A stretch of DNA of 64,000 bases from an uncultured Gammaproteobacteria bacterium. Its GTDB lineage: Bacteria; Pseudomonadota; Gammaproteobacteria; Steroidobacterales; Steroidobacteraceae. This document shows, in pieces, positions 17,720-27,207 of this stretch (position 1 is its first letter; each line of letters starts with the position of its first letter). The notes under the pieces are model-generated. The model was not told the DNA's origin, did no database searches, and saw nothing but the letters and a program-made list of their open reading frames with translations. The translations under genes and the position numbers were made by a program. The stretch covers positions 964-64,963 of the forward strand of contig CAVOGD010000005.1 of the NCBI GenBank assembly GCA_963695155.1. Reading direction: 5' to 3'.

Positions 17720-20369
17720 TCATCCGGTGGTGCGCCACCTGGGTCGCATCATCGAACAGACTCCGTCAGGTCCTTCTCGACGGTGGCTCACGATCGTGCT
17801 CCGCCGCATTAAGAGCGAGACCAGGTGGTCGCGTGTATCGCGGACCAGCCCGACGACCGCGGATTCCACAGCCGGCCTGGCGATCAGGAAGCCCTGGACC
17901 GACACCTCACCGCAGGCCGCGAGAAAGTCGAGTTGGGCGGGACGCTCCACTCCCTCATCGTGACCTGTAGTCCGAGGCTGCGGCAGAGACGGATGATCGA
18001 GTGTGCGATCGCGGCCGAGCGCGGGCTGCTGTCGAGCGCGGCGATCACACTGCGGTCGAGCTTGACCCGGCTGAGCGGCAACCGCTCGATGGAAGTCAGC
18101 GACGAAAACCCGGTGCCGAAGTCGTCGAGCGCGGTATCGACCCTCATCATCCGCAATCCCTGCAATGCCTCGACGGTCACGGCGCCGGTCTGCAGCATTG
18201 TCTCCGTCAGCTCGAGTTCGATCGCTTCGGAGGCAAACCGTGCCGGGCGAGCAGACGTTCGAAATCGACCAGGAAATTGCCGGTCACGAACTGCTGCGCC
18301 GACACGTTGATCGCCACGCGCGCGTCAGGCCAACCGCTGCGCCGCCAATTGCTGACTGCCTCGGCAGCGGTCTCGAGAATCCAGTCGTTCAAGTCGAGCA
18401 TCAGGCCGGATTCCTCGACGATCTCGATGAACTCGCCGGCCGGAATGATCTGATTGTCGTTGAGTTGCCAACGCAGAAGTGCCTCGACGGCGATAGTGCG
18501 CTGCGTGCGCAGGCACACTTGCGGCTGGTAATGAAGCACGAACTCCCCGCCCTCGATGGCCTTGCGCAGAGCCTGCTCCACGCGGAAACGGTTCGACGCC
18601 TCACGAGCATGGATGGGTCGTGGATGCAATGTCGATTGCGACCGAGTTCCTTGGCACGAAACAGAGCGGCGTCTGCTGCGCGCAGCAGCGACGTCGCATC
18701 GCGGCCATGTTCCGGGTACATCGCGACGCCGCAGCTCGCGCCGATAGAGACCTCAGCGCCGATCAATGAGTAATGGCCGCTGAAAGCACCCGACCAGGTG
18801 CTCGGCGCGTCGCTCGACTTCAGTGGCGTCGCCCGAGTAGTTGAACACAAGCGTGAATTCGTCGCCGCCCAGCCTCGCGATGACAGCGGTTTCGCCGGCG
18901 ATCCAGCGCAGGCGCGCGCCGATCTCCGTCAGCACCCGGTCGCCGAAGTCGTGGCCCAGAGTGTCGTTGACGGTCTTGAAGTTGTCGAGATCGAGGAACA
19001 ACACGGCGATGTGGGATCCCGCGGAGCCTGCGGCGTCCGCAGTGTTGAGCATTTCATTCAGGCGCTGGAACAGCTGCCGTCGGTTCGGCAGGTTGGTGAG
19101 CGGATCGTGGTCGGCGAGGTGTCTGAGCTGCAGCGTGCGTTCCTCGACACGCTGCTCGAGCTGCGCCTGGTACGTCTTGACGACGAGCTCGGCGTTCGTC
19201 AGCTCCGTGGCCAAGTGGTTGAACGCGGAGGAGAGCTCATCGATCTCCCGGGCGCCGCCGCGCATCACGCGAGTTGCAAGATTACCGGACGCTAGAAGGC
19301 GGGTGCTCGCTGTCAGCCGGCGCACCGGCCGGGTAACTGCCCAGGCCGTGGTGAGCAATGCAAGCAACGTGAGCAGAATCGCCTTGTAGGTGGCGGTCCT
19401 GAGCGTTTGCTCGGACTGCGCGACGGCCTGCTGTGCGCCCGGGGCAGCCGCGCTGAATGCATGCCATGCGGGCGCTTCGACGTTCTCGCGAAAGTCCGAG
19501 GCGAGCGCGTTGCCGCCAACCGCAAATGCCTCCTGCCGCACCTCCATTTCCACACCGAGCCGCAGGGCCCGGCGTCGCTGCTCGACCGCCTGGCCGAAAT
19601 CCTCCAGCTGCAGCGCCAGCCAGCTTCGGCCGGGCGAGACTGACAATTCCGCGCGGTGGGCATCGAAGGCCCGGCGCAGTCGTGTTTCGCCACCGTTCGG
19701 CGCTGCGGCGAAGTTGCCACCGCCGGTCAGCTCGCTCGATACGTCACTCCGTGCCGCCTCGACGGCGCTTGCCAGTTCCGCCAGCGACGGTCGGGCCATG
19801 AGGCTGTTATCAACCAGGATACCGCCGCCGCCCGCGCCTTTGATGCGTCGGTCCAGTGCAGAGAACGCCGCCTCGAGCGCCCCGATTGATCGTCGGCGCT
19901 CGTCCTGCATGTCCAGGAGGCGGAATCCCTCGGCCTCGTGCTCGGCAACCTGCTGCAACAGATGACCCGCCGCTGGGGACGCCTCAGTTGCGCCAGCATC
20001 CACAGTTCGTCTTGCTGCGACTGTCAATCGCTCAGCCGCCGCCATCACGGCGGCGCGGTTGTCGCTCGTGTCGGCACGGACGTAAGCGAGGACAACTCGA
20101 TCGAAGGCAGCGAGGCCTTCGCCCAGGTCCCGCACGCTGCGCGACAACGGTTCGAACTGCTGCTGCATCTTCGCGAGCTCGGCCGTGGCGCTCTGGGTGC
20201 TGCGCAGCGAGACGACGATGGCCGCTGCGAACGCGACGATGACGAGCGTGTAGCCGAGCACCAGCCACACGCCAATCGGCAGGCCGATCGGGCGGCTGGG
20301 TGGAGCCGGCGAATTCGGGGTCGTCATCACGGGCACAGCAAGCTGCCGATCCCCCCGGGTCATGGACAT
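17720..20369 (-). pseudogene. membrane sensor diguanylate cyclase/phosphodiesterase (HAMP-GGDEF-EAL), four frameshifts
   Basis: The domain order is continuous only if the frame changes at about 18790, 18620, 18200 and 17950. The segments are: TM+HAMP+GGDEF (LARLGGDEFTLVF), the GGDEF end (VSIGASCGVAMYPEHGRDATSLLRAADAALFRAKELGRN), EAL (FVLHYQPQV...EALLRW, then DDFGTGFSSLTSIERLPLSRVKLD, then GVERPAQLDFLAACGEVSVQGFLIARP). Confidence 0.75.
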
Positions 20370-20620
20370 CGATTTGACGATAATGCGGCCCCGCAGCTGA
20401 TCTTCATGAGATCTGGGTCACAAAGACAAGCGCTTTCTGCGCCGAAGGCCTCTGTTTTTGGCGGGCCTGATACGCGGAACTTCAATGGACCGCAACGTGT
20501 TGCGCGCAACTCAGAGCGCCTTCCGCCTGGAAAGGCCTGACAGGCAATCAAAGAAGTGTCACCAGGTCCGTCAATTGTGACGCCACCGGTCTCACCCACA
20601 CTTGATCAGGTGGCTATTGA

Positions 20621-20719
20621 CTAGCGGGGAGGCGACCCGAACCCCAGATGTCCGATGGTCGGCCAGCCTGCTGCCGCGTCGGGTCCTCTAGAGGTGACCT
20701 GACTCGTCGCCTCCCCTAG
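20621..20719 (+). promoter_or_regulatory. candidate structured 5' leader upstream of ORF 20751-20963
   Basis: A perfect 11-bp long-range stem (GGGGAGGCGAC at 20626-20636 with GTCGCCTCCCC at 20706-20716) encloses repeat copy B. An overlapping alternative helix pairs GACCCGA (20634-20640) with TCGGGTC (20679-20685). CCTCC in the 3' strand is anti-SD-like. Confidence 0.3.
20633..20662 (+). repeat. repeat copy B (CGACCCGA-N9-GTCCGATGGTCGG)
   Basis: Same bipartite motif, spacing and orientation as copies A and C. Confidence 0.55.
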
Positions 20720-20750
20720 AATGATCTCTTCGCTGAAAGGAGCATTGACC

Positions 20751-20963
20751 ATGGGCTTTTCAACTCAGAGCACCGTCGCGGACCTTCTGGACAACGAGAC
20801 AACCAAGGCCGTACTCGAGCAAGTCCTGCCCGGTATCGCCAACCACCCACAGATCGGTATGGCGCGAGGGATGTCCCTGGCCACGGCGGCGCAGTTCTCC
20901 GGCGGACTGATCAGCCAGGACGCGCTCGACAGGATCGACGCCGCGCTCAAGGCCCTGGGCTGA
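20751..20963 (+). CDS. 70-aa hypothetical protein
   Basis: AAGGAG (20737-20742) lies 8 nt before the ATG at 20751. Sequence is MGFSTQSTVADLLDNETTKAVLEQVLPGIANHPQIGMARGMSLATAAQFSGGLISQDALDRIDAALKALG. No family recognised. Confidence 0.5.
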   Translation: MGFSTQSTVADLLDNETTKAVLEQVLPGIANHPQIGMARGMSLATAAQFSGGLISQDALDRIDAALKALG

Positions 20964-21025
20964 CGCGACACGCGGACGCAGGAGCAGAAACCCAGGCACT
21001 CAGTTGGGCTTGATTGCAGGCCCTG

Positions 21026-21154
21026 GTCTCTCCACAACCCCTTGAACCGATCCGGCGCCATCTCCGTGTAGCGCACGGTGTGGACAATGTTCTTGTGCCC
21101 CAGGTAGTGCTGCAGCGCCCCAGTTCGCGCCTGCGTCACACAAGACCGACCCAA
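21026..21154 (-). pseudogene. tyrosine recombinase/integrase, C-terminal stub only
   Basis: ALQHYLGHKNIVHTVRYTEMAPDRFKGLWRD matches the conserved C-terminal end (catalytic Tyr region) of FimB/phage-type integrases. Only about 85 nt separate it from the tRNA, so the remaining ~300 aa are absent. Confidence 0.6.
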
Positions 21155-21225
21155 TATTCAATAGTCCGATGGTCCGCCCGGATGGCAGGCGATGGCCGGC
21201 TGGCGATGCCGGTGACCGCATGAAA
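21144..21225 (+). repeat. repeat copy C (CGACCCAA-N9-GTCCGATGGTCCG, 24-nt insertion, GCCGGTGACCGCATGA)
   Basis: Lies between the integrase stub and tRNA-Phe. Direct repeat of copy A, 7.4 kb away. Confidence 0.65.
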
Positions 21226-21241
21226 TTCAACGAGTTGGAAA

Positions 21242-21317
<76 letters not shown>

Positions 21318-21418
21318 ACAGGCAGGGTCGCGTATTACACAAGTACCGCGCACGGTCGTCAAGAAACCCTGCGGGCGGCATTCGACCGCAGCGCGGAATG
21401 ATGCGAGGATCCGCGGCC

Positions 21419-21985
21419 ATGAGCCGATTCCCTTCACTTCCAGAACGCCCCACGCTGGCCGACGTCTTCAAGCGCTTCCCGGAAGGGGCCAGACCCCTGC
21501 TCGAGTATCACGACGCCCTGTTGCGCGGCCCGTCGCCGCTCACGATCGCCGAGCGCGAGTTGATCGCCGCGTTCGTGTCGGGACTCAACGCCTGTGAGTA
21601 CTGCCACGGCGCGCACCGCATCGTCGCCGAGGTGCACGGCATGGACCCGGACCTGTTCGCGAAACTCGTGGCCGACCCGGCTGCCGCGGGCGTAGACGCG
21701 AAGCTGCTGCCCCTGCTGGCCTACGTGCGCAAGCTGTCGAACGCGCCGGCGCGCGTGACCGACGCCGATGCCGCGGCTGTGTACGCCGCCGGCTGGGACG
21801 AGCAGGCCTTGTTCCACGCCGTCTCGATCTGCGGGCTGTTCAACATGATGAACCGGATCGTCGAGGGCTGCGGCGTCGTGACCGATGCCACCACGCAAGC
21901 AGAACAGCGCGCCCGTCACGAGTCGCTCAAGGACCGGCCCGATACCTACCGTTCCTTTGGCAGCAAGATCGGCCTCGATCAATAA
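21419..21985 (+). CDS. carboxymuconolactone decarboxylase family / AhpD-like peroxidase-related protein
   Basis: SPLTIAERELIAAFVSGLNACEYCHGAH (CxxC-H motif) and ALFHAVSICGLFNMMNRIV. Confidence 0.85.
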   Translation: MSRFPSLPERPTLADVFKRFPEGARPLLEYHDALLRGPSPLTIAERELIAAFVSGLNACEYCHGAHRIVAEVHGMDPDLFAKLVADPAAAGVDAKLLPLLAYVRKLSNAPARVTDADAAAVYAAGWDEQALFHAVSICGLFNMMNRIVEGCGVVTDATTQAEQRARHESLKDRPDTYRSFGSKIGLDQ

Positions 21986-22012
21986 TCCGACGACACGCCC
22001 CCGGGGAGTCCC

Positions 22013-23371
22013 ATGGACAGCCTGCACGCCTGGATCACGTCGCTGAACTCGTTCGTCTGGGGTCCGGCCATGCTGGCGCTGATCCTGGGCACCGGTTTCT
22101 TCCTGCAGCTGCGGCTCGGCGGCATGCCGATCCGCCAGATCGGCGCCGGCTTCCGCCTGGTGTGGCGCGGCCGCACGGGCGATGCCGGCGCACACGGCGA
22201 GGTCACGCCGTTCGCCGCCCTGATGACCGCGCTGGCGGCCACGGTGGGCGTGGGCAATATCGCGGGCGTGGCCACGGCCATCGCGCTCGGCGGACCGGGC
22301 GCGGTGTTCTGGATGTGGGTCACCGCGCTGGTCGGCATGGCGACCAAGTACGCCGAGGTGGTGCTGGCGGTGCACTTCCGCGAGCGCGACGAGAATGGCC
22401 GCTTCGTGGGTGGCCCCATGTACGCCATCAAGAACGGCCTCGGCCGGCGCTGGGCCTGGCTGGGTGCTGCGTTCGCCGTGTTCGGCGGCCTGGCCGGGTT
22501 CGGCATCGGCAACATGGTGCAGGCCAACACCATCGCGGCTGCGCTCGGCAATTCGTTCGGGCTGGACCCGGGTGTCATCGCCACGGCGCTGCTGGTGGTG
22601 ACCGCGGCGGTCATCCTGGGCGGCATCCAGCGCATCGCGGCCGTCGCCAAGCGGCTCGTGCCGTTCATGATCGTGGCCTACATCGGCGGCGCGCTCGCCG
22701 TGCTGTTCGTGCATGCCGCCGAGGTGCCGGCCGCCTTCATGCTGATCGTGGACAGCGCCTTCACGCCGACCGCCGCCACCGGCGGCTTCGCGGGCGCGGC
22801 CGTCATGGCCGGCATCCGCTTCGGCGTGGCGCGCGGCATTTTCTCCAACGAAGCGGGCCTCGGCACGGCCGGCATCGCACAGGCGGCGGGCCAGAGTTCC
22901 AGCCCGGTGCGCAGCGGCCTGGTCGGCATGATGGGCACGTTCCTGGACACCATCGTCGTCTGCACCATGACCGCGCTCGCCATCGTCGCGTCCGGCGCCT
23001 GGACGACCGGCGAGACCGGCGCGGTATTGACGCAGCTCGCGTTCGAGTCGGCGCTGCCCGGGCTGGGCGGCAGCATGGTGGCGGTCGCGGTGACCGTGTT
23101 CGCGGTGACCACGATCTTCGGCTGGGCCTACTACGGCGAGCGCTGCTGGCAGTTCCTGCTGGGCGTGAAGATCATCGTCCCGTACCGCATCCTGTGGTGC
23201 GCGGCGGTGTTCCTGGGCGCGATCACGCACCTCGACCTGGCCTGGCAGGTGGCCGACACGCTCAACGCCCTGATGGCGCTGCCGAACCTCGTTTCGCTTC
23301 TGGCGCTGTCGCCGGTGATCGTGCAGTTGACGCGACAGCAACTGGCGGCCGCGCTGGCGTCCGCGCCCTGA
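22013..23371 (+). CDS. alanine/glycine:cation symporter (AGCS) family transporter
   Basis: 452 aa, polytopic. Family-typical motifs are FAALMTALAATVGVGNIAGVATAIALGGPGAVFWMW and GIFSNEAGLGTAGIAQAAG. Confidence 0.9.
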   Translation: MDSLHAWITSLNSFVWGPAMLALILGTGFFLQLRLGGMPIRQIGAGFRLVWRGRTGDAGAHGEVTPFAALMTALAATVGVGNIAGVATAIALGGPGAVFWMWVTALVGMATKYAEVVLAVHFRERDENGRFVGGPMYAIKNGLGRRWAWLGAAFAVFGGLAGFGIGNMVQANTIAAALGNSFGLDPGVIATALLVVTAAVILGGIQRIAAVAKRLVPFMIVAYIGGALAVLFVHAAEVPAAFMLIVDSAFTPTAATGGFAGAAVMAGIRFGVARGIFSNEAGLGTAGIAQAAGQSSSPVRSGLVGMMGTFLDTIVVCTMTALAIVASGAWTTGETGAVLTQLAFESALPGLGGSMVAVAVTVFAVTTIFGWAYYGERCWQFLLGVKIIVPYRILWCAAVFLGAITHLDLAWQVADTLNALMALPNLVSLLALSPVIVQLTRQQLAAALASAP

Positions 23372-23382
23372 AGGAGAGCCGC

Positions 23383-23875
23383 ATGAATCACCCTGGCTAC
23401 CTGCTCATCGCCCTCGGCCTCGCCGCAATGGCGCACTCGGCGCCCGTGGCCGCCGGGCCGCCGACGGATCCCGCGGCTTGCGCGGCCATCGATGCCGACG
23501 CGTCGCGGCTGGCGTGCTACGACGCATGGTTCCGCAAGGCGGCACCGGCCGAACAGGCACGGCGGCGCCCGCGAACCGGCAGCACCGGCCGCGGCAGCCG
23601 CGTCGCAGGCCGAAGCGAGGTTTGGCCTCATCGAGCGGGCCGAGCCTGTTCAGGTCAAGGAGTTGACCAGCCGCGTCGTGGAGGTCGGCCAGCGCGCAGC
23701 CGACAGGGTGGTGCTGACGCTGGAAAACGGCCAGCGCTGGCAGACCAACGAGGCCGCAGATGCGCGCTATTTCCGGCCCGGCGACCTGGTCACGATCGAG
23801 CCGGCGGCGCTGGGCTCGTTCCGCGCGAGGAAAGAGGGCCGCAACCGGGCGTTTCCGGTCCGCCGCGTGGACTGA
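23383..23875 (+). pseudogene. secreted hypothetical protein, frameshifted
   Basis: AAGGAGAG precedes the ATG at 23383. The signal peptide MNHPGYLLIALGLAAMAHSAP is followed by ...RLACYDAWFRKAAPAEQ. The rest is in the +1 frame: AAPAAAAASQAEARFGLIERAEPVQVKELTSRVVEV...LENGQRWQT...VTIEPAALGSFRARKEG. Shift near 23555-23585. Confidence 0.55.
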
Positions 23876-23886
23876 GGCCGGATTCC

Positions 23887-24164
23887 TCAGTCCTTCTTGT
23901 CGGGCTCCACGTAGCCCTCGGGCTTCGTCGAGCCTTCGCCGAACAGGAACTTCTCCATCTCGGTGGCGAGGAACTTGCGGGCGTTCGGGTCGATGGCGTT
24001 GAGGCGGTACTCGTTCATGAGCATGGTCTGGTGCCGCTGCCATTGCGCCACGCTTCCTTCGAGACGTTCTCGTAGATGCGCTGGCCGAGGTCGCCCGGCC
24101 ACGGGACCCGGTCGAGTCCCTCCGCTTCCCTGCCCAGCACTGCGCACTTCACCATTCGCGTCAT
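23887..24164 (-). pseudogene. yggX: Fe(2+)-trafficking / oxidative damage protection protein YggX, frameshifted
   Basis: [39 protein letters not shown] then, in another frame, [53 protein letters not shown]. It is collinear with E. coli YggX as I recall it. The shift is at the CC run 24048-24049. The ATG overlaps the mutY stop. Confidence 0.8.
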
Positions 24165-25258
24165 TCCGGAGTCCCTCCCCGCGGCCGATCCCGCGCTGCG
24201 CCCGCACGAGCGCGGATGAGCGCCGCCACCGGCGCCGCGAGGCCGAGCTTCGCCGGGGCGCGCGAGTTATACCAGACGTACCCTTCGCCATCCATGACGA
24301 CACCCGGCCCGGGCACGCGCAACTCGAGCGGCACGATGTCGAGGTCGAAGTGCGTGAAGCTGTGCCGCACCGTCTCGCCCGCACGGAAGCGCGCCGACCG
24401 CAGCCGCAGGTGCTTCCTGGACCAGCCGGCCGCCCCTGCGGTATCGGCGAACTGCGGCAGGCCCCACAGCCCGCCCCATAGTCCCGCCGCCGGGCGGCGT
24501 TCGAGCAGCACGCTGGCGTCGTCGCGCACGGCCAGCAGCATGTGCGTGCGCTCGACCCGGCGCGCGCCGCGCCGCGGGCGCGGCCCCGGCAAGCTGTCCT
24601 CGATGCCGCGCGCGGGCGCCACGCACAGCGACTCGAGCGGACAGCGCCCGCAGGCCGGTTTCGTGCGCGTGCAGACGGTCGCGCCGAGATCCATGACCGC
24701 CTGGGTGTAGCGATGCACGTCTCGCGTGGGCGTGCAGGCGTCGGCGAGGTCCCACAGGCGGCGCTCCACCTCGCGCTCCCCGGGCCAGCCTTCGATCGCG
24801 AAGACGCGCGCCAGCACGCGCTTGACGTTGCCGTCGAGGATGGCGTGGCGCTGGCGGCACGACAGCGCCAGGATCGCGCCGGCCGTCGAGCGGCCGATGC
24901 CCGGCAGCGCCTGCAGGTCCGCCAGGGTGCGCGGCAGCCGGCCGCGATGCTGCACCACGATGGCCTGCGCGGTGCGATGCAGGTTGCGCGCCCGTGCGTA
25001 GTAGCCGAGGCCCGACCACAGGTGCAGCACTTCGTCGAGCGGCGCGGCGGCGAGCGCGCGCAGGCTCGGGAAGCGCTTCGTGAAGCGCTCGAAGTACGGC
25101 AGCACGGTGCCCACCTGGGTCTGCTGCAGCATGATCTCCGACAGCCAGACCCGGTACGGCGTCGGGTTCTTCTGCCACGGCAGGTCGTGGCGTCCGTGCC
25201 GCGTGAACCAGCGCAACAGGCGCGGCGCGACCGCGGCACATCGTCGCGCGGGAGTCAC
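24161..25258 (-). CDS. mutY: A/G-specific adenine DNA glycosylase
   Basis: [61 protein letters not shown], the Fe-S loop [17 protein letters not shown], and a C-terminal NUDIX-like domain. GTG start at 25258. Confidence 0.9.
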   Translation of the reverse strand: MTPARRCAAVAPRLLRWFTRHGRHDLPWQKNPTPYRVWLSEIMLQQTQVGTVLPYFERFTKRFPSLRALAAAPLDEVLHLWSGLGYYARARNLHRTAQAIVVQHRGRLPRTLADLQALPGIGRSTAGAILALSCRQRHAILDGNVKRVLARVFAIEGWPGEREVERRLWDLADACTPTRDVHRYTQAVMDLGATVCTRTKPACGRCPLESLCVAPARGIEDSLPGPRPRRGARRVERTHMLLAVRDDASVLLERRPAAGLWGGLWGLPQFADTAGAAGWSRKHLRLRSARFRAGETVRHSFTHFDLDIVPLELRVPGPGVVMDGEGYVWYNSRAPAKLGLAAPVAALIRARAGAARDRPRGGTPE

Positions 25259-25815
25259 GGGTGATCGCCGCGTTGCGCGCGCGTCTCGACGTTGGCGAAC
25301 ATGGTGCGCGTGGCCGTCTCCAGCGTCGCCAGCATCGCCGCGCGCACCAGGAAGCGCGGCATCCAGAACGATGGCTCGAACTCGGTGCGGTAGCTCACGC
25401 GGGTGCGCCCGCCCTGTTGCTCGAAATGGGTCACCGCCCGGCCGCGCACGAGGTCGCCCCGGCCCGGCACCGCTTCCGCGACGAGCGACATCTCGGATTG
25501 CGTGACGCGTTCATAGCGGTCCATGTCGCGGCACAGCCAGGAGCCGAGGCAGCCGCGCAGTCGCGTGAACAACAGCGGCGACCCCTGGCCATCGTCTTCG
25601 ATGCGCGCCTCCACGATGCGCGGGTCCAGCGACGGATAGCGCACGTAGTCCGTCAGCACGGCGATGACGCCGCCGGCCGGCGCGTCGAGGACCGCCTCGA
25701 ACTCCACGAAGTACGCGCCGTCGCGCTCGCCCACGTCCAGCCGCTCCACGTCCATCGCCCGGCACGGCCCCGGCAGCGACATCACCAGCAGCATGCACAG
25801 CCACCGCACGTTCAC
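25255..25815 (-). CDS. SRPBCC (START/polyketide cyclase-like) family protein with signal peptide
   Basis: VNVRWLCMLLVMSLPGPCRA signal, then FEAVLDAPAGGVIAVLTDYVRYPSLDP. The GTG start overlaps the asmA stop (GTGA at 25812-25815) and the stop overlaps the mutY GTG. Confidence 0.65.
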   Translation of the reverse strand: MNVRWLCMLLVMSLPGPCRAMDVERLDVGERDGAYFVEFEAVLDAPAGGVIAVLTDYVRYPSLDPRIVEARIEDDGQGSPLLFTRLRGCLGSWLCRDMDRYERVTQSEMSLVAEAVPGRGDLVRGRAVTHFEQQGGRTRVSYRTEFEPSFWMPRFLVRAAMLATLETATRTMFANVETRAQRGDHP

Positions 25816-27111
25816 GGCCTGGCGCCCGCTGGAGTCGGCTCGATCCTGATGCGCAGCCCCCTCGCGACGACGCCCGAGGACTTCGCCTCGCCGAAGCGCA
25901 GGTCCGCCTCGAGTTCGAGCGCCGCGAGCTCGCCGAGCAGCGATTCGAGCGTCGCCTGCGGCGCGCCGGCCGCCTCCACCTCGGGCGGCAGGTAGCGGTC
26001 GAGGTCGATGCGGTCGAATTCGAGTTGCACTTGCGGCGGACCGTCGGCCGGCAGGGCCAGGCGTCCCGTGACCCGCGTGTCGTCGAATCGCGCCTCGATG
26101 ACTTCGAGCGACCACCGGCCATCCGCGTACTCGCCCTGCATCGTCGCTTCGGCACGCGCCAGCGCCGCGGCGTCCGCCGTGTCGGGCAACGGGCGGTTCA
26201 GCGAATTGGCCAGCGCACGCGGCGCGAACGGCTCCGTGCCGAAGCCGAAGGCGACGCGCGCGTCGCCGTCGAGACCGGCGACTTCCGCGCGCCCGGCGAG
26301 CCGCAGGCCGAGTCCCTCCAGGCTGAAGTCGCCGAGCGTCACGGTGCCCGCCGCCAGGTCGGCCCGCAGGTTCGCCCAGCGACCCGGCCAGTTCCACGCC
26401 GCCCGTGCCGAGACCCAGGCCGCCCAGCCAGCCGCGATAGTCGAGCCCACGCGCCGCGTAGAGGTCGCGCCCGGGATCGAGCATGGCCTCGCCGGCCAGC
26501 GTGGCATGCATGACGACATCCGGGCCGTGCCCCGCCAGCCGCCATTGCAGCGGGAAGAAGCTTCCCGGCGCCAGCCGGCTGGCGGTCAGCGTCATGCCGG
26601 TCAGTTCGAACTGCGTGCCGTCGCGCGCGTCCGCATAGCTGACCGTTCCTTCATCCACCTGCAGCGCACCGAGCGACCAGGCCGCTGGTTCGTCGCCGCC
26701 CAGGCTCGCGAGCCGTTCCACGAGCGGCTCCCAGTTGCCGCGGCCCGTCGCGTCCACGCCGAGCCGCAGCTGCGGCGCGGACAGGTCCAGGCGCGTCACG
26801 CGCAACTCGCCGCCCAGCAGCGTGCGCCACGGCAGCGTGGCACGCGCACGGGCCAGCTCGACCAGCAACGGCGCCTGCGATTCACGGCCGGCCGCGATCG
26901 CCAGCTCGCCGATGCCCAGCGACGGCGTGGGCAGGTAACCGAGCGTGAGGCGGCCCACCGTGACGCGCGCGTCGAGTTGGGCCGACAGCCAGTCGCCCGC
27001 CTGGCGCTCGAACCACGACATGCGCACCAGCCCGTACAGCACGGCGGCCATGACCGCGGCCAGCACGACCGGCACGGCGAACAGGGTCAGGGCGATCCGG
27101 GAGCGGCGCAT
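25812..27111 (-). pseudogene. AsmA family protein, frameshifted
   Basis: N-terminal anchor MRRSRIALTLFAVPVVLAAVMAAV, with the AsmA-like region in frame 0 up to about GGVELAGSLG. It continues in another frame (ANLRADLAAGTVTLGDFSLEGLGLRLAGRAEV...DLRFGEAKSSGVVARGLRIRIE). Shift near 26380. Confidence 0.7.
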
Positions 27112-27207
27112 GAGACTCGCGTCGGGACTGGGGCGGCCCGATTCTAGCAGCGTGCAGCGGACGGGCGGCTGTCATGGCCGCCCGTCCGGTGTGTCGCGGC
27201 AACCGCT

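Noticed and set aside
20765-21154. 129-aa ORF taken as a complete gene
   Set aside because: Only the first ~43 residues are integrase-like, and these correspond to the C-terminal end of that family. The remainder is read-through that overlaps the opposite-strand 70-aa ORF.
21434-24075. Very long ORFs of 635 aa (minus, 21434-23341) and 637 aa (plus, 22162-24075) overlapping the symporter gene
   Set aside because: The products are Arg/Ala/Gly/Pro/His-rich and low in complexity, with no motifs. They lie out of frame or antisense to a clearly recognisable AGCS transporter. This is the usual stop-poor shadow ORF of ~70% G+C DNA.
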